The position numbers and the translations under genes were made by a program. Of a stretch of 30,476 nucleotides of DNA, positions 1 to 9,907 are shown one piece after another. Each line of letters begins with the position of its first letter. The stretch's first letter is position 1. The notes under the pieces are model-generated. The model saw only the letters and a list, made by a program, of their open reading frames with translations, searched no databases and was not told where the DNA came from. Source of the DNA: a virus (lineage: Duplodnaviria; Caudoviricetes); IMG/VR virus record IMGVR_UViG_3300022697_000010, positions 1-30,476 of that record; one strand, given 5' to 3'.

Positions 1-3000
1 TCTGTCATATGCCAAGTCTAGGATGCTGTCGCTCGTCCCGGGAATGACCGTTACGGCATCAGGCTCAAACCAGAATTTCTCTACGTTGTATATCCAAGCT
101 ATTTGATCTGCTGAGGGGGCTGTTGCGCCGATGCGGAGGAGGGATAGGGAGCCTGTGAACGGTGAGTCGATACTCCCGTTGTACCACCCGCAACCAACAT
201 AAAGGGTAGGCGAACCCGTAGCGGATATGTTGAAAGTATTTGCCGCAGAGTACTTAACAACACCGTTCAGGGCGAAGTATAGTGTGCCGTTTCCACGATA
301 CCAAGCCCACATGCCTGCGCCCGTACTCATAGCAATACCGCTGTCTATTAGGGTAGAGGGGGCGTGTTGGAATTTGTAGTTCCCTGCGTTCCCTAGTATA
401 GAAAATGATCCGTTCGTCCCAAATATCGTGCCGAGTTTGTCTGACCTCGAAACCATCCGGCCAGTACCACCAATATTCCACCCCATCACACAGAAGTCAC
501 CAGTCCCGAAGTTTAAGTCTGGGTTGTACGGCTGTTGAGCGTAGTTGCTCGCTGAGAACCCACTGTATCCCATGAGGCTCGAACCAGAGGCCACCTCGCT
601 CTTGGCCAGTGAGCCGAAAACTTGCAGCCCGTTGCCCTTCACAGAGCGGTCAGGTACGGCTAGGCGGCAGGAGACGTTGTCAACGTATACAGTTTGCCCA
701 GAAGAAGATGTTCCACCAACAACGCACTGTAAAGCATGTGAAGTTGCCTTCGCTGTGAAGGTGTAAGATAGCGAAACAGTGGTCGTGCTGTTGGTGTAAA
801 CGTCTCCTATCCCGTTAACCCCAAACCGTACAACGTCTGTGGCAGTCCCGCGCCTAGCATCACACGAAGCGACATACTGCTTACCTACAACAAGTCCTGT
901 TAGGGTTTGTGCCGCACCAGAATTGTTTGACGCGCTTGCTGTAATTTCAAGTTCCCCAGAGACAAAAGCAAGCGACGCTGAAAGGGTAGCAGTCCACCCA
1001 CTCACATCAGTCGTAAACGTACCATTCGTGACCAACTCAGTCCCGGTGATAGTTTCCGTTGTGCGGTGGATAGACACGTTATCCATTATCAATGTCTGAG
1101 AGGGGCCGCTCGTTTCAAGAGTAACCGGATGGGCAATACCAGTCGCGGTGAACGTTATGCTGGCTGTTCCAGTGGTCCCGAAAGGACTCGTCGCGCCAAG
1201 ACCAGTTATGTCGATAGCGCAACTTGCTGTTCCTGCCACCCTGTCAGCCGTGACGGTGTATTGATCCCCGACAGTCAGCCCCGAGATGGTTTTCTGCACC
1301 GCGATATTCGTGCCTGAGCCTGTGGTGACGTTGAGGCTGTTCACCCCTGAGTTATTCGTTGCTGTGCTTTCCAGTGTCCACCCGTCAAGGTTCCCCGTCC
1401 CTGCGAACGTGCTGCCTATCAGGTCGTGGCCCGTACTGTCAGCCAACCATGCACCGCGTATATCCCCGACCATGATGCCGCTCTGTGAGGTGGTGGTGAG
1501 GTAGTCCACAGAGCCGGAAGCGGGTGTGGCGGGGTTTTCTTTGATAGTAGTCAGGCCTACACCAACGCCGATAGATATGAGGTCTTTTGAAACGGATACC
1601 GCATCAAATTGGTCGGCACTATTGGCGGAAAGAATAAATAGGTCGCTAGCCACCGTGTAAGACACATCATACCAAGTGTCAGGAGCGGTGCCTGTCGATG
1701 CGGTTTTGGCGTTTACAGTAACAACTGTATTAGAGGAGGGAATTTGGCCCCATGTGTGAAGCCAGCTTCGGTCAGCCCCTGTTCCCAAGTCGAGGACAAG
1801 CCTGTCACCTAAAAACCCGGCGAACGAGGACTTGCTTGTAGGTGAGTAACTACTCGTTATGTCAACAACCGTCCCATCATCCTTGATAACGCTCACACCA
1901 CCACCAGTAGCCACGGCTATTGTAGGAAAGGGCATCCCTGTGGCAGGGTTGATCGGTGAATTTGGGAGGGTCGTTATTGCTACGTCGTTGGACGTGCCGT
2001 TAACTAAAGCCCAAGAAGCACTCTGAGGTGTGGTCCATGTCGTATAACCAGTCGCGTTTCTATTAGCGACTGGCCCCATAGTCATAGTATTCAATGATGT
2101 TAAGGACGTAATGTTCCAAAGGTGGTCATCAATAAAGTCTATGTGCTTGTCGAAGCCACCGCTCTGCACCGGAAGGTATACAAGCCCGTCCTTAACTGAA
2201 ATGCCCGTAATGAGGCCCGAAGCCCAAAGAAATTTTGACCCGTCTGCTGCACCCTTAAACACCATCCACATGCTACCATCAGTGGCGTCAAAGATGATAA
2301 CCCGTCCAGCCTCGGCCAGCACAAGCCCTTGTTGGGGCATCCGTTTCTGTGGCCCACGAGTGGCCCCAGTCTGCCCGCTGGTGGTGTTCAGGCTGTAGAA
2401 CAGTCCGTTCGTCGTGTTGTGGTAATAGTCTCCGTCAGTGCCGAGAACCCTTGCAGCCGCTTCGTTCGCTGCATCCCCAAGCCAAGAGCCTGTCGCTGTG
2501 GTGGTTTCTTTGTACCAGCTTGTCTTGCTCTCACGCTGCCGGAAGACAATTCCCGCGTGATACCAGTCAGCAACCGAGAACAGTTTCAGTGCAACGGGGG
2601 TGTAGGAGCCGGAGATATTCAGGGCCGGAAGGCCAAGAGAAGCCACATCAGACTCCATAGCATCTAGGTCAACTGCCTGAGTAACTGTGATGTTACCAAG
2701 TTTAGTCTCTTGGGCAGTGAGGAAGCTTGCAGTAGTGTTGTCAAGAATTGTAGAGTGGGCTTGAACAGTAGAACCAATGTCCGTGTTCATCGTAGCTAAG
2801 GTGCCAAGGTCAGAGATGTCGCTCTCAGTAATAGGATCAACAGTGATTGCTTGCCCAGTTAGAGAGAGGTAAGTACCTGTACCAGTAAGAGTAACGTTAG
2901 TGCTATTGTCTGTACCTGCAGGGTCTACTCCAAGAGTAGCTTGAACTGCAGCTGCGTCTACATCACTTAAGATAGTACGACCAAAAGAAGTAAGGGGTGT

Positions 3001-4752
3001 CTCTGCAAAAGTATTCAAAGCAGTAGCGTATACCATCTTGTCTGCAGAAGTACCAAGAGAAGAGAGGGACTGTAGTCCAGCGTCATAAGCTTGAACGTCA
3101 GTACCAATGACAGAGCCTAAAGTAATCCTTGCAGCAGAAGCACTAGCGGCCCCTACGAGAGAGGCTCCAAGTGTTGATATAGTAGTGTTGGCAGGGAGGG
3201 AAAGAGTTGCTAGGTCTACGTCTGCATCTGTAAGATCACTAACAGTGAGTGTGACAGCACCAGTCCTGCCAGCAACAGAGAGTACTTGATCTGTGTAGTC
3301 TAGCTTATGCCAGTTAGAGGCGTATACTGTAGTACTAGCGTTGTCAAGGATTGCTACAATTCTATCATTTATGTTGAAGGCAGTAGAGTTTACAGTACCC
3401 GCTACAGATACTATCCAGCTCTCGCCTGCTTGAGCGACACCAGAACCAGGGAAAGTCCCTACACTTGCGTCCCACGTACCCATAAGGATAACTGAGGCGT
3501 CCAGAGCATTCACCCTTGTCTCAATAGCGTCTAGGTCTACCGCTTGGGTAATCGTAACATAGTCCAGTTTAGTCCCGTCAGCAGCTACATCTCTTCCATC
3601 AATCAAGCCAGTAGTAGTCGTATTACCCGAGAGGGCTAGGCCACTGATAGTCTTATTTGTAAGAGTTTCTACACCTGTGAGGGATACAAAGTCGTCACCT
3701 GACAGTGCTGTGTTGAATTCTGTAAGGGTACCAGCCAGAGTATTACTGGTTAGACTAATGCCCTTATTCGTGAGAGTGTCAGTAGTAGCCCTACCTACAA
3801 GAGTGTCAGTAGTCGTTGGCAGCGTTGAAGTACCCGACCCACTAACAAGAGTAGGAACGGTAACACTAGCAAAGGTGGGAGAGTCAGTAGTCTTAAGACT
3901 TTGGTCGAGACCGCCTAAGTAACCCCACTGAGTAGCGCTGATAGTCGTGGTATCAATGTTCTGTAGCTGATTGAGTTCTACAGCTGTAAGGGGGTTAGCT
4001 GACAGTATACCAAGGTCTGCACTGTATGCCTGTACGTTTGTACCTATAGTAAGGCCTAAGCTATCCCTAGCGGCAGAGGCAGTGGAAGAACCTGTACCAC
4101 CATCAGCTACAGCTAGATCACCTGAGGAGGTGACAGTAGAGAGGTCAAGAGTGGGAGAAGTAAGTGTCTTGTTTGTAAGGGTCTGAGTAGAAGTAAGGGT
4201 TACAACAGTATCGGAAATGTCAGGGAGAGAGAAGGTTCGAGTAGTGCCTGTAGCAATACCAGTCAGTTCAAACACTGCTTTCTTAGTAGCATCAGCATTA
4301 TCAAGGAGTGTGAAGGAGTTGTCTGCAACATCAATAGTTGTACCAGAGATACTCCCGCCAAGGATAGCCATAGTACTAACTGTGCCTAGGTCAGTCCAAG
4401 TACCTGTCATACTACCACCACCAGACAAGGTAGAAGTACCAGTAGCAATTAGAGTAGTGAGGTTGGACGTACCAGAGAAATAGGAGTCTTTAAGCTTTAG
4501 GGTAGCCGTGCCAATGTCAACAGTCCCAGTAAGTCTAGGACGGATATCATTAGCTGTTACCTGAATGTCTTGAGTCGGGCCTAGGTAGGATACAGGGCCA
4601 CCTTCAGCAGTCGTACCGTCATGGGTGTGACCTACTGTTGAGCTAAAGGACAAGACAATAGAGTCAAACTCTCCGTCTAGGTCCACTGCATCAATGAAGT
4701 TACCATCCGAGATATTGTTGGAGGTATCATTCCTTATATAGCCTGTGCCCAT
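1..4752 (-). CDS. Long tail fibre / receptor-binding protein, 3'-truncated by the window edge (>1584 aa)
   Basis: Absent from the ORF track because it has no stop in the window. I read the minus frame from the ATG at 4752 (AAGGAG RBS at 4761-4766) to base 1 and found no stop. N-terminus MGTGYIRNDTSNNISDGNFIDAVDLDGEFD..GHTHDGT; TLTNK and IGTxVQAY fibre repeats; C-terminal half has two CBM-like domains and a LamG-like domain (QPYNPDLNFGTGDFCVMGW). It lies directly after the nozzle gene. Confidence 0.9.
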   Translation of the reverse strand, partial: MGTGYIRNDTSNNISDGNFIDAVDLDGEFDSIVLSFSSTVGHTHDGTTAEGGPVSYLGPTQDIQVTANDIRPRLTGTVDIGTATLKLKDSYFSGTSNLTTLIATGTSTLSGGGSMTGTWTDLGTVSTMAILGGSISGTTIDVADNSFTLLDNADATKKAVFELTGIATGTTRTFSLPDISDTVVTLTSTQTLTNKTLTSPTLDLSTVTSSGDLAVADGGTGSSTASAARDSLGLTIGTNVQAYSADLGILSANPLTAVELNQLQNIDTTTISATQWGYLGGLDQSLKTTDSPTFASVTVPTLVSGSGTSTLPTTTDTLVGRATTDTLTNKGISLTSNTLAGTLTEFNTALSGDDFVSLTGVETLTNKTISGLALSGNTTTTGLIDGRDVAADGTKLDYVTITQAVDLDAIETRVNALDASVILMGTWDASVGTFPGSGVAQAGESWIVSVAGTVNSTAFNINDRIVAILDNASTTVYASNWHKLDYTDQVLSVAGRTGAVTLTVSDLTDADVDLATLSLPANTTISTLGASLVGAASASAARITLGSVIGTDVQAYDAGLQSLSSLGTSADKMVYATALNTFAETPLTSFGRTILSDVDAAAVQATLGVDPAGTDNSTNVTLTGTGTYLSLTGQAITVDPITESDISDLGTLATMNTDIGSTVQAHSTILDNTTASFLTAQETKLGNITVTQAVDLDAMESDVASLGLPALNISGSYTPVALKLFSVADWYHAGIVFRQRESKTSWYKETTTATGSWLGDAANEAAARVLGTDGDYYHNTTNGLFYSLNTTSGQTGATRGPQKRMPQQGLVLAEAGRVIIFDATDGSMWMVFKGAADGSKFLWASGLITGISVKDGLVYLPVQSGGFDKHIDFIDDHLWNITSLTSLNTMTMGPVANRNATGYTTWTTPQSASWALVNGTSNDVAITTLPNSPINPATGMPFPTIAVATGGGVSVIKDDGTVVDITSSYSPTSKSSFAGFLGDRLVLDLGTGADRSWLHTWGQIPSSNTVVTVNAKTASTGTAPDTWYDVSYTVASDLFILSANSADQFDAVSVSKDLISIGVGVGLTTIKENPATPASGSVDYLTTTSQSGIMVGDIRGAWLADSTGHDLIGSTFAGTGNLDGWTLESTATNNSGVNSLNVTTGSGTNIAVQKTISGLTVGDQYTVTADRVAGTASCAIDITGLGATSPFGTTGTASITFTATGIAHPVTLETSGPSQTLIMDNVSIHRTTETITGTELVTNGTFTTDVSGWTATLSASLAFVSGELEITASASNNSGAAQTLTGLVVGKQYVASCDARRGTATDVVRFGVNGIGDVYTNSTTTVSLSYTFTAKATSHALQCVVGGTSSSGQTVYVDNVSCRLAVPDRSVKGNGLQVFGSLAKSEVASGSSLMGYSGFSASNYAQQPYNPDLNFGTGDFCVMGWNIGGTGRMVSRSDKLGTIFGTNGSFSILGNAGNYKFQHAPSTLIDSGIAMSTGAGMWAWYRGNGTLYFALNGVVKYSAANTFNISATGSPTLYVGCGWYNGSIDSPFTGSLSLLRIGATAPSADQIAWIYNVEKFWFEPDAVTVIPGTSDSILDLAYDR

Positions 4753-4764
4753 TCTTATTGCTCC

Positions 4765-6774
4765 TTACTGTCTGTCATAGGTTGCGTAGTCCAAGATAAT
4801 TGCATCAATAGAAAAGGGTGTGTTTACCCCATTGAACGAGTACTGGACTGAAACTGAGAACCCTGACCCTGATGTCTGATTCGTGAATACTGCTACTGGT
4901 TTACCACCATAGACTGCTGTGCCGTATGTAGCTGCACCGTAGTAGGCTGCGGTACCTGCATCAGCACCGATAGTAATTGCTGAACTTGAAGGCTGAATAA
5001 CTCCAGCTTGGTTGTAGTCTAACTTAAGCGCTACCTCACCGCTTACAGACCCAGTAGGGTCAACGTACGTGGAGAGTTTATAGATAGTCTTCCTAACCTT
5101 AGGGTCCTTCATAGCGTAGTAAGGAGTAAAGAAGGAAGCTTGAATGTTAGTCCCGTCGAAGGTGCTACTATCTTCCATCTTGTAGGCGTAACCATCCTTA
5201 TTTGCAAAGACAATTTCTTCACCTACTATCGTATACTTACTATCTACAACATAGACATTGATCCCTGTCAACTCACTCCAAGCCATACCTTTAGCTGACT
5301 GGTCTGCAAACTGTGTCCCAAGTATCCCTCGGGAAGACTTATCGGATAGACCGTCCCTATAGCCAAAGAGTCTAAACTGGTTCTTCTCCCTGATAACAGC
5401 ACTACTAAAGCTTTCCTGAGTAGCGACGAAGTCTGTCATAACTGTCTGGATATTCCGAGAGGCTACAGCCAGTCCAAAGTCACCAATACGTGTGGTAGCG
5501 GACAAGAGACGTAAACCATCAGGGGCTAAGAACATAACATCACCACCTACTTCTTGGATAGTGTCAGTCTCAGTGCAGCCAATATCGTCTGTGATAGCTT
5601 TAAGTGTGAAGTCAGCAGAAGAAGAACCTGTAACTCTGAATATACGCTCTTTACAGAATACAATTAGCTGCTCTCTGAATAGAACGATAGCCATTATAGC
5701 ATGTGGTAGGCGGATACTCCCTGCACCATTAGCAGCTGTAAAGTCATTGTCTGTATAAGGGGCTGTGAAGGATAGGATAGTTCCTTTAGAGAAGAACATA
5801 TGGTTAGAGAACACGGAGACATGCTCTGCTGCAGCTACATCAGTAGGTACTCCGTCTAGTTCTACAAGGTCTGTACCGTCATAAGTTACTGGGTTGTGTA
5901 CTTCATCAACGAAGATAATCTTAGGTGTGCCACTGAAGTCATACATCACTGCTCTGTGCTTACCTGCTCCTGCCCTGTCTAGGGAGTTGAAGGTGACTAC
6001 AGCGTTGTCAGCAGGGCTGGAGGCCAGTGCAGGGTAGATACTTACCGTTGCTCCACCAGCTGTAACTGTGGGCAGAGTAAGAACTGTGTATGACTTCTCT
6101 ATACCTGCTACTGTGAAAGTACTACCGATAGCGGGTGCTACCGTAAGGCCATCAATGGCTACTGTTGTTCCTGTCTGTCCAACACCATTCACTAGGGTTG
6201 ACCCATAGTTCTGTTTACTGATCTTAGTCCAGCCAGTGCCAGTTGAGAAGTATAGACCACCTGACCGATAGGCTACAACACCACCATTAAAGAGTTTAAT
6301 ACCCTTGACTAGGTCTACCCTATTGCCGAAAGTGACCAGAGCCTTGTCAGCAGGACTGGAGGTAAGGGAGGTAGTAAGTGTTAGGGTAGCTTCTTTATTC
6401 AAAGAGTTATATGCAACACCAGAAGTGGCTACTGTGTACGAGCCTGTAACCCCTGCTATTGTTATTGTATCCGAAACCTGAGGGGTCTCAAGGACATTGC
6501 CAATCACTAGGGTAGCTCCGCTCTGACCTGAACCTTGTACTACAGGTTCCCCATAAAGGGGTAGCGGGTTTGCTTCATACTTTGTATACCCTAAGATACG
6601 ACGATACCCTCCTGTTACGGAAGGTTCAAAGTTCTTTAGTTGTCTTGCACTGCCTGGAGAGTTTAAGCCTTGCTGAAGAGGACTGCCCTGTGTGATAAGG
6701 CCCCCTCTAACTTCAATGGGAAATGTTCTCCAGTTGGTAGGCTGATAACTCTGCCAAAACCTATTCGTAGGCAT
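4765..6774 (-). CDS. Tail nozzle / tail tubular protein B-like (P22 gp10-like beta-propeller)
   Basis: 669 aa, beta-rich, with DIGC..DTIQEVGGDVMFLAPDGLR typical of podovirus nozzle proteins. It lies between the adaptor and fibre genes. Confidence 0.75.
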   Translation of the reverse strand: MPTNRFWQSYQPTNWRTFPIEVRGGLITQGSPLQQGLNSPGSARQLKNFEPSVTGGYRRILGYTKYEANPLPLYGEPVVQGSGQSGATLVIGNVLETPQVSDTITIAGVTGSYTVATSGVAYNSLNKEATLTLTTSLTSSPADKALVTFGNRVDLVKGIKLFNGGVVAYRSGGLYFSTGTGWTKISKQNYGSTLVNGVGQTGTTVAIDGLTVAPAIGSTFTVAGIEKSYTVLTLPTVTAGGATVSIYPALASSPADNAVVTFNSLDRAGAGKHRAVMYDFSGTPKIIFVDEVHNPVTYDGTDLVELDGVPTDVAAAEHVSVFSNHMFFSKGTILSFTAPYTDNDFTAANGAGSIRLPHAIMAIVLFREQLIVFCKERIFRVTGSSSADFTLKAITDDIGCTETDTIQEVGGDVMFLAPDGLRLLSATTRIGDFGLAVASRNIQTVMTDFVATQESFSSAVIREKNQFRLFGYRDGLSDKSSRGILGTQFADQSAKGMAWSELTGINVYVVDSKYTIVGEEIVFANKDGYAYKMEDSSTFDGTNIQASFFTPYYAMKDPKVRKTIYKLSTYVDPTGSVSGEVALKLDYNQAGVIQPSSSAITIGADAGTAAYYGAATYGTAVYGGKPVAVFTNQTSGSGFSVSVQYSFNGVNTPFSIDAIILDYATYDRQ

Positions 6775-7497
6775 TTAGCTTGTCCTAACCACATTGGTAT
6801 AGGTTCTATTCCTCTCGATAAAGGTAGACCGTACATAGTCATACCTATTCGTGTAGATAGTCCTAAGTTCTGTGATACCCTTACGGAATCTTTTCTCATT
6901 AAGGATAGACCTCTGTGTGTCCCCACGGAACATATAGGTCTGCTTCATAGCACCCTCGGTAATGATATGGCGGAAGGTCTCAGGTACCAGAGGTACGTCT
7001 GTAGCTGCTACCAAGTCTGTAGGGTGGACATAGTATTCATAGTCAAGAGTGTAGGCATTATCAGGGTTAGGGTACACACCGTACTTCTGGTCAGGGGTGC
7101 GTATGATAAACTTAGGCACGTCCCTTATGTCAGTACTTGTACTATACTCATCATCAATAAATTTATGGAGGTACTCATCATAGGACAGGATAGCTAGGGA
7201 AACTGTTTCATTCCCGAAGGTCGCATCACGCTGGACACGGAAGGAGTCCCAGTCTACTGTCTTAACATTAGCAGGAAGAGAGTACCTAATCGTACCTGCC
7301 GTTAGTGTATCTGATTGTGTGACATGGTTAAAGGGCCACTCAAAGCTCTCCTGATTAATCTCACGTAGGGCTAAGTTCACAGCTTCCTTCATCATGATAT
7401 AGTGGTTGCCTGCTGTAGCGAAGGTAGCAGAAGTCAAAGGGACGTCATTCATACGCCCAGCAACATCATTTACAAGTCCTAAGAAATCGTAACTCAT
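6775..7497 (-). CDS. Head-tail adaptor / tail tubular protein A-like
   Basis: 240 aa directly after the capsid gene; pattern LVNDV..R....AVN.A.REI....WPF and YP.PD..Y..Y.Y. Confidence 0.7.
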   Translation of the reverse strand: MSYDFLGLVNDVAGRMNDVPLTSATFATAGNHYIMMKEAVNLALREINQESFEWPFNHVTQSDTLTAGTIRYSLPANVKTVDWDSFRVQRDATFGNETVSLAILSYDEYLHKFIDDEYSTSTDIRDVPKFIIRTPDQKYGVYPNPDNAYTLDYEYYVHPTDLVAATDVPLVPETFRHIITEGAMKQTYMFRGDTQRSILNEKRFRKGITELRTIYTNRYDYVRSTFIERNRTYTNVVRTS

Positions 7498-7518
7498 CTA
7501 ACCCTCTCTATAATAGGC

Positions 7519-7549
7519 CTTAGGGCCACCCCGAAGAGCAGCCCTAAAG
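7519..7549 (-). terminator. Hairpin after the capsid gene (partial terminator or mRNA stabiliser)
   Basis: Minus strand TTTAGGGCTGCTC-TTCG-GGGTGGCCCTAAG, with a UUCG tetraloop, right after the capsid stop. The U-tract is weak. Confidence 0.6.
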
Positions 7550-7554
7550 TTTGA

Positions 7555-8628
7555 TTAAGCCAAGTTATACTTAGCAACAGTGAGTGCTTCAGGGCGGAGA
7601 ATCTTCCGACCGTAGAGCTGCAAGCCACGAACAACATCAGCAAATGTAGTCTGAGAACGGAAGCTCTCAACATCATTGATCTGCTCTGCAGTAGCAACTG
7701 CACTTTTATGACCAGCTACGATAACACCGTAGTCAATGTTCTGGTTAGCTGTTCCTGCCTTTGCGGGCCCATTACCTACCGAGGGCAGGTTGTTGGACAC
7801 ATAAACAGTAAAGCCGTAGAAGTTCTTGAGAACAAGACCATTGCGAATATCGCCAGAGGACCCATAATCCTGATCGAAGAGACGTGAGTACTCATCTTGC
7901 AGAACTTCCATAATGACTGGATCAAGTACGAGCCAGCGACCATCACGGTCAACATACTGTTGGTCAAGCAAACGACTCATACGTGCTACCAGCATTGCTG
8001 GAGAAACGAAAGCCGTAGGCATGGCAGTCTGACCAGGGATACGAGGGCCAACAGGGATTGAGTGGTCAAGCGCACCAGAGGTCGTGATGGTCTTAAAGCT
8101 ACCTTTATTGAGTTTCATAGTAGCCAGAAGTTCATCAGTACCAGCTGAAGTATTAGCTACGGTACCATTGGTAGTCGTATTGACCGTATTAGCATTTACG
8201 TGAATGGTACCCTGCTTATAGCCTGATAAGTACCCAAGTACATCTTGGTCAAATTGATCTTTCAGACGGTAACCAGCACGGTTAGAAGCGAGGGCCATAA
8301 AGTCCACGTTCGCATGTACTTTCTCAATATCGTCGATCTGGAAAGCAAACTGATTTGCTTGGTCAACGGTAAGAGTGAAGTCGGCGTCTGTCAGGTCTTG
8401 AGTTGTAACAAGAGTCCCGCGACTGTAGGCTGATACACTGATTTCAGGTTCTTTGAGGATTCGTACTGAGTCCCCTTGTCCTGAGATCTCTCCGAAGTAA
8501 TCACTATTAGTGATCTCCGAGCAGACAGTAGACTTACGGAAAGCCAGCTGTACCTGTTTGGAGTAGATTACTGGAGAGAAGTTTCCCGAGTTAAGGTTGG
8601 TATAACCCGATGCTTTTCTAAAAGCCAT
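7555..8628 (-). CDS. Major capsid protein (HK97 fold, P22-coat-like family)
   Basis: 357 aa; NFSPVIYSK..ITNSDYFGEI..GDSVRI..F.IDDIE..FADVVRGLQLYGRKILRPEAL; strong AAGGAG RBS; follows the scaffold gene. Confidence 0.9.
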   Translation of the reverse strand: MAFRKASGYTNLNSGNFSPVIYSKQVQLAFRKSTVCSEITNSDYFGEISGQGDSVRILKEPEISVSAYSRGTLVTTQDLTDADFTLTVDQANQFAFQIDDIEKVHANVDFMALASNRAGYRLKDQFDQDVLGYLSGYKQGTIHVNANTVNTTTNGTVANTSAGTDELLATMKLNKGSFKTITTSGALDHSIPVGPRIPGQTAMPTAFVSPAMLVARMSRLLDQQYVDRDGRWLVLDPVIMEVLQDEYSRLFDQDYGSSGDIRNGLVLKNFYGFTVYVSNNLPSVGNGPAKAGTANQNIDYGVIVAGHKSAVATAEQINDVESFRSQTTFADVVRGLQLYGRKILRPEALTVAKYNLA

Positions 8629-8864
8629 TGTATTTCTCCTTTAGAATGTATGGCTATTTTCATACAAACCAGAAGCCCAATCTTAGCGATTGACAAACAG
8701 GTTCAGGTGTGGAGAGCTACTCTACGGTATTCCCTGTAAGGAGGCCACTTTCCTCTAGGTAGTTCTCTCTGTTCAGTCGGCCAACTTAATGAGAGAGAAG
8801 GCTAGTATCCGGTGGGTGGTACAACTTTAGTGGCTGTAGTGGGGCTAACCTTAGTTAGCTTACC

Positions 8865-8897
8865 CTATAGTTATACGTAAAAGAGTCCCATTGTCAA
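8865..8897 (-). promoter_or_regulatory. Sigma70-like promoter for the capsid gene
   Basis: Minus strand TTGACA-N16-TATAAC-TATAG; the same motif occurs at 17720-17752 and 17823-17855. Confidence 0.8.
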
Positions 8898-8916
8898 GTC
8901 TTTTCTACGTATTTAG

Positions 8917-8972
8917 TAAATAAAAGAGCCTCCGCGTACAAGACCCCTAAGGGAAATGCAGAGGCGGAGGGC
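8917..8972 (-). terminator. Intrinsic terminator after the scaffold gene
   Basis: Minus strand CCTCCGC...GCGGAGG stem followed by CTCTTTTATTT. Confidence 0.55.
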
Positions 8973-8981
8973 ATATTTCCT

Positions 8982-9821
8982 TTAGCCTCCACTCACGTCA
9001 TAGACGAAAGTACCTGCTTTAATAGATTCTAAGATAGCATCCTCATTAGCTGAGTACTCCCTAGACGTCATTTTCTCAACATCAGACTCTAGGATAGCAC
9101 CATCAGTCCTATCTGTAGTAGGCTGAGCAGTGTCACCACGAGTACGGATAGACTCCGCTGCGCTACGCTTAGGTTTAGCTTTAGTCTTAACACCTGTGTC
9201 TGACTTATAGAGGTCTAGGACACGGATAACTGAAGCAGGATCACTGACGTTGTCGTAGAGGGCATCCTGTATGAGGCTAGGTTGCTTATCAGCCCAGTCA
9301 TGGAATGCAGCATCCTCTTTAATAGTGTCATAATCAGAGTGAGCAGAACGAATCTTAGACTCCATCTCTTTCATAGACAACTCTGAGTCCCTACGCTCAA
9401 TGTCAGCCATCCTTGTCTCAAGGCTCTTAGCTTGGTCAGCGTAGGTATCCTTAGACAGAGTTTGGACAATAGCAGCAACATCGGGGTACTCGGACACCCA
9501 CTGTTCCACAGCTTCACGGGCGATAGGCAGTTCAGAAGGACCCCTACTCTCTAAGTCTTTGATCCTGTTGCTTAATTCTTCCTCTTTCCTCTGGGCATGT
9601 CGCCTAAGATCTGAGTACCTTTTCTTAAATGTTTTCTCTTCAACTGAAGTAGGTTCGACTAACTCCTCCTCAGGCTCCTTCTCTTCTTCATCCACAATAC
9701 CATTGTTTTCCTTGATGAGCTTTTCTAGTTCCTTCTCATCATCTTCAATGCGTCTAGTATTAGTCTTATTCATAAAAGCAACTGTAGGTACTTCGTCTTT
9801 AATCACAATATCTTTAGACAT
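8982..9821 (-). CDS. Capsid scaffolding protein
   Basis: 279 aa, acidic and coiled-coil, with FKKRYSDLRRH; immediately upstream of the capsid gene. Confidence 0.75.
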   Translation of the reverse strand: MSKDIVIKDEVPTVAFMNKTNTRRIEDDEKELEKLIKENNGIVDEEEKEPEEELVEPTSVEEKTFKKRYSDLRRHAQRKEEELSNRIKDLESRGPSELPIAREAVEQWVSEYPDVAAIVQTLSKDTYADQAKSLETRMADIERRDSELSMKEMESKIRSAHSDYDTIKEDAAFHDWADKQPSLIQDALYDNVSDPASVIRVLDLYKSDTGVKTKAKPKRSAAESIRTRGDTAQPTTDRTDGAILESDVEKMTSREYSANEDAILESIKAGTFVYDVSGG

Positions 9822-9907
9822 TTAAGTCTCCTTTGCAGGGGGTCCTCTTAGAGGAGTAGCCCTTATACCCCATAGGGGTTTCTCCTAAGCCATCTTAGCC
9901 TAGGTAA

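Noticed and set aside
1-2650. Diversity-generating retroelement or invertible tail-fibre cassette
   Set aside because: No reverse transcriptase, template/variable repeat pair or invertase is visible in this window.
254-4483. Many short ORFs listed in the track over 1-4500
   Set aside because: They are shadows of the uninterrupted minus-strand tail-fibre frame starting at 4752.
6720-6774. Tiny N-terminal duplication in the nozzle protein (PTNRFWQSY / PTNWRTF)
   Set aside because: Too short to distinguish from chance or a trivial local duplication.
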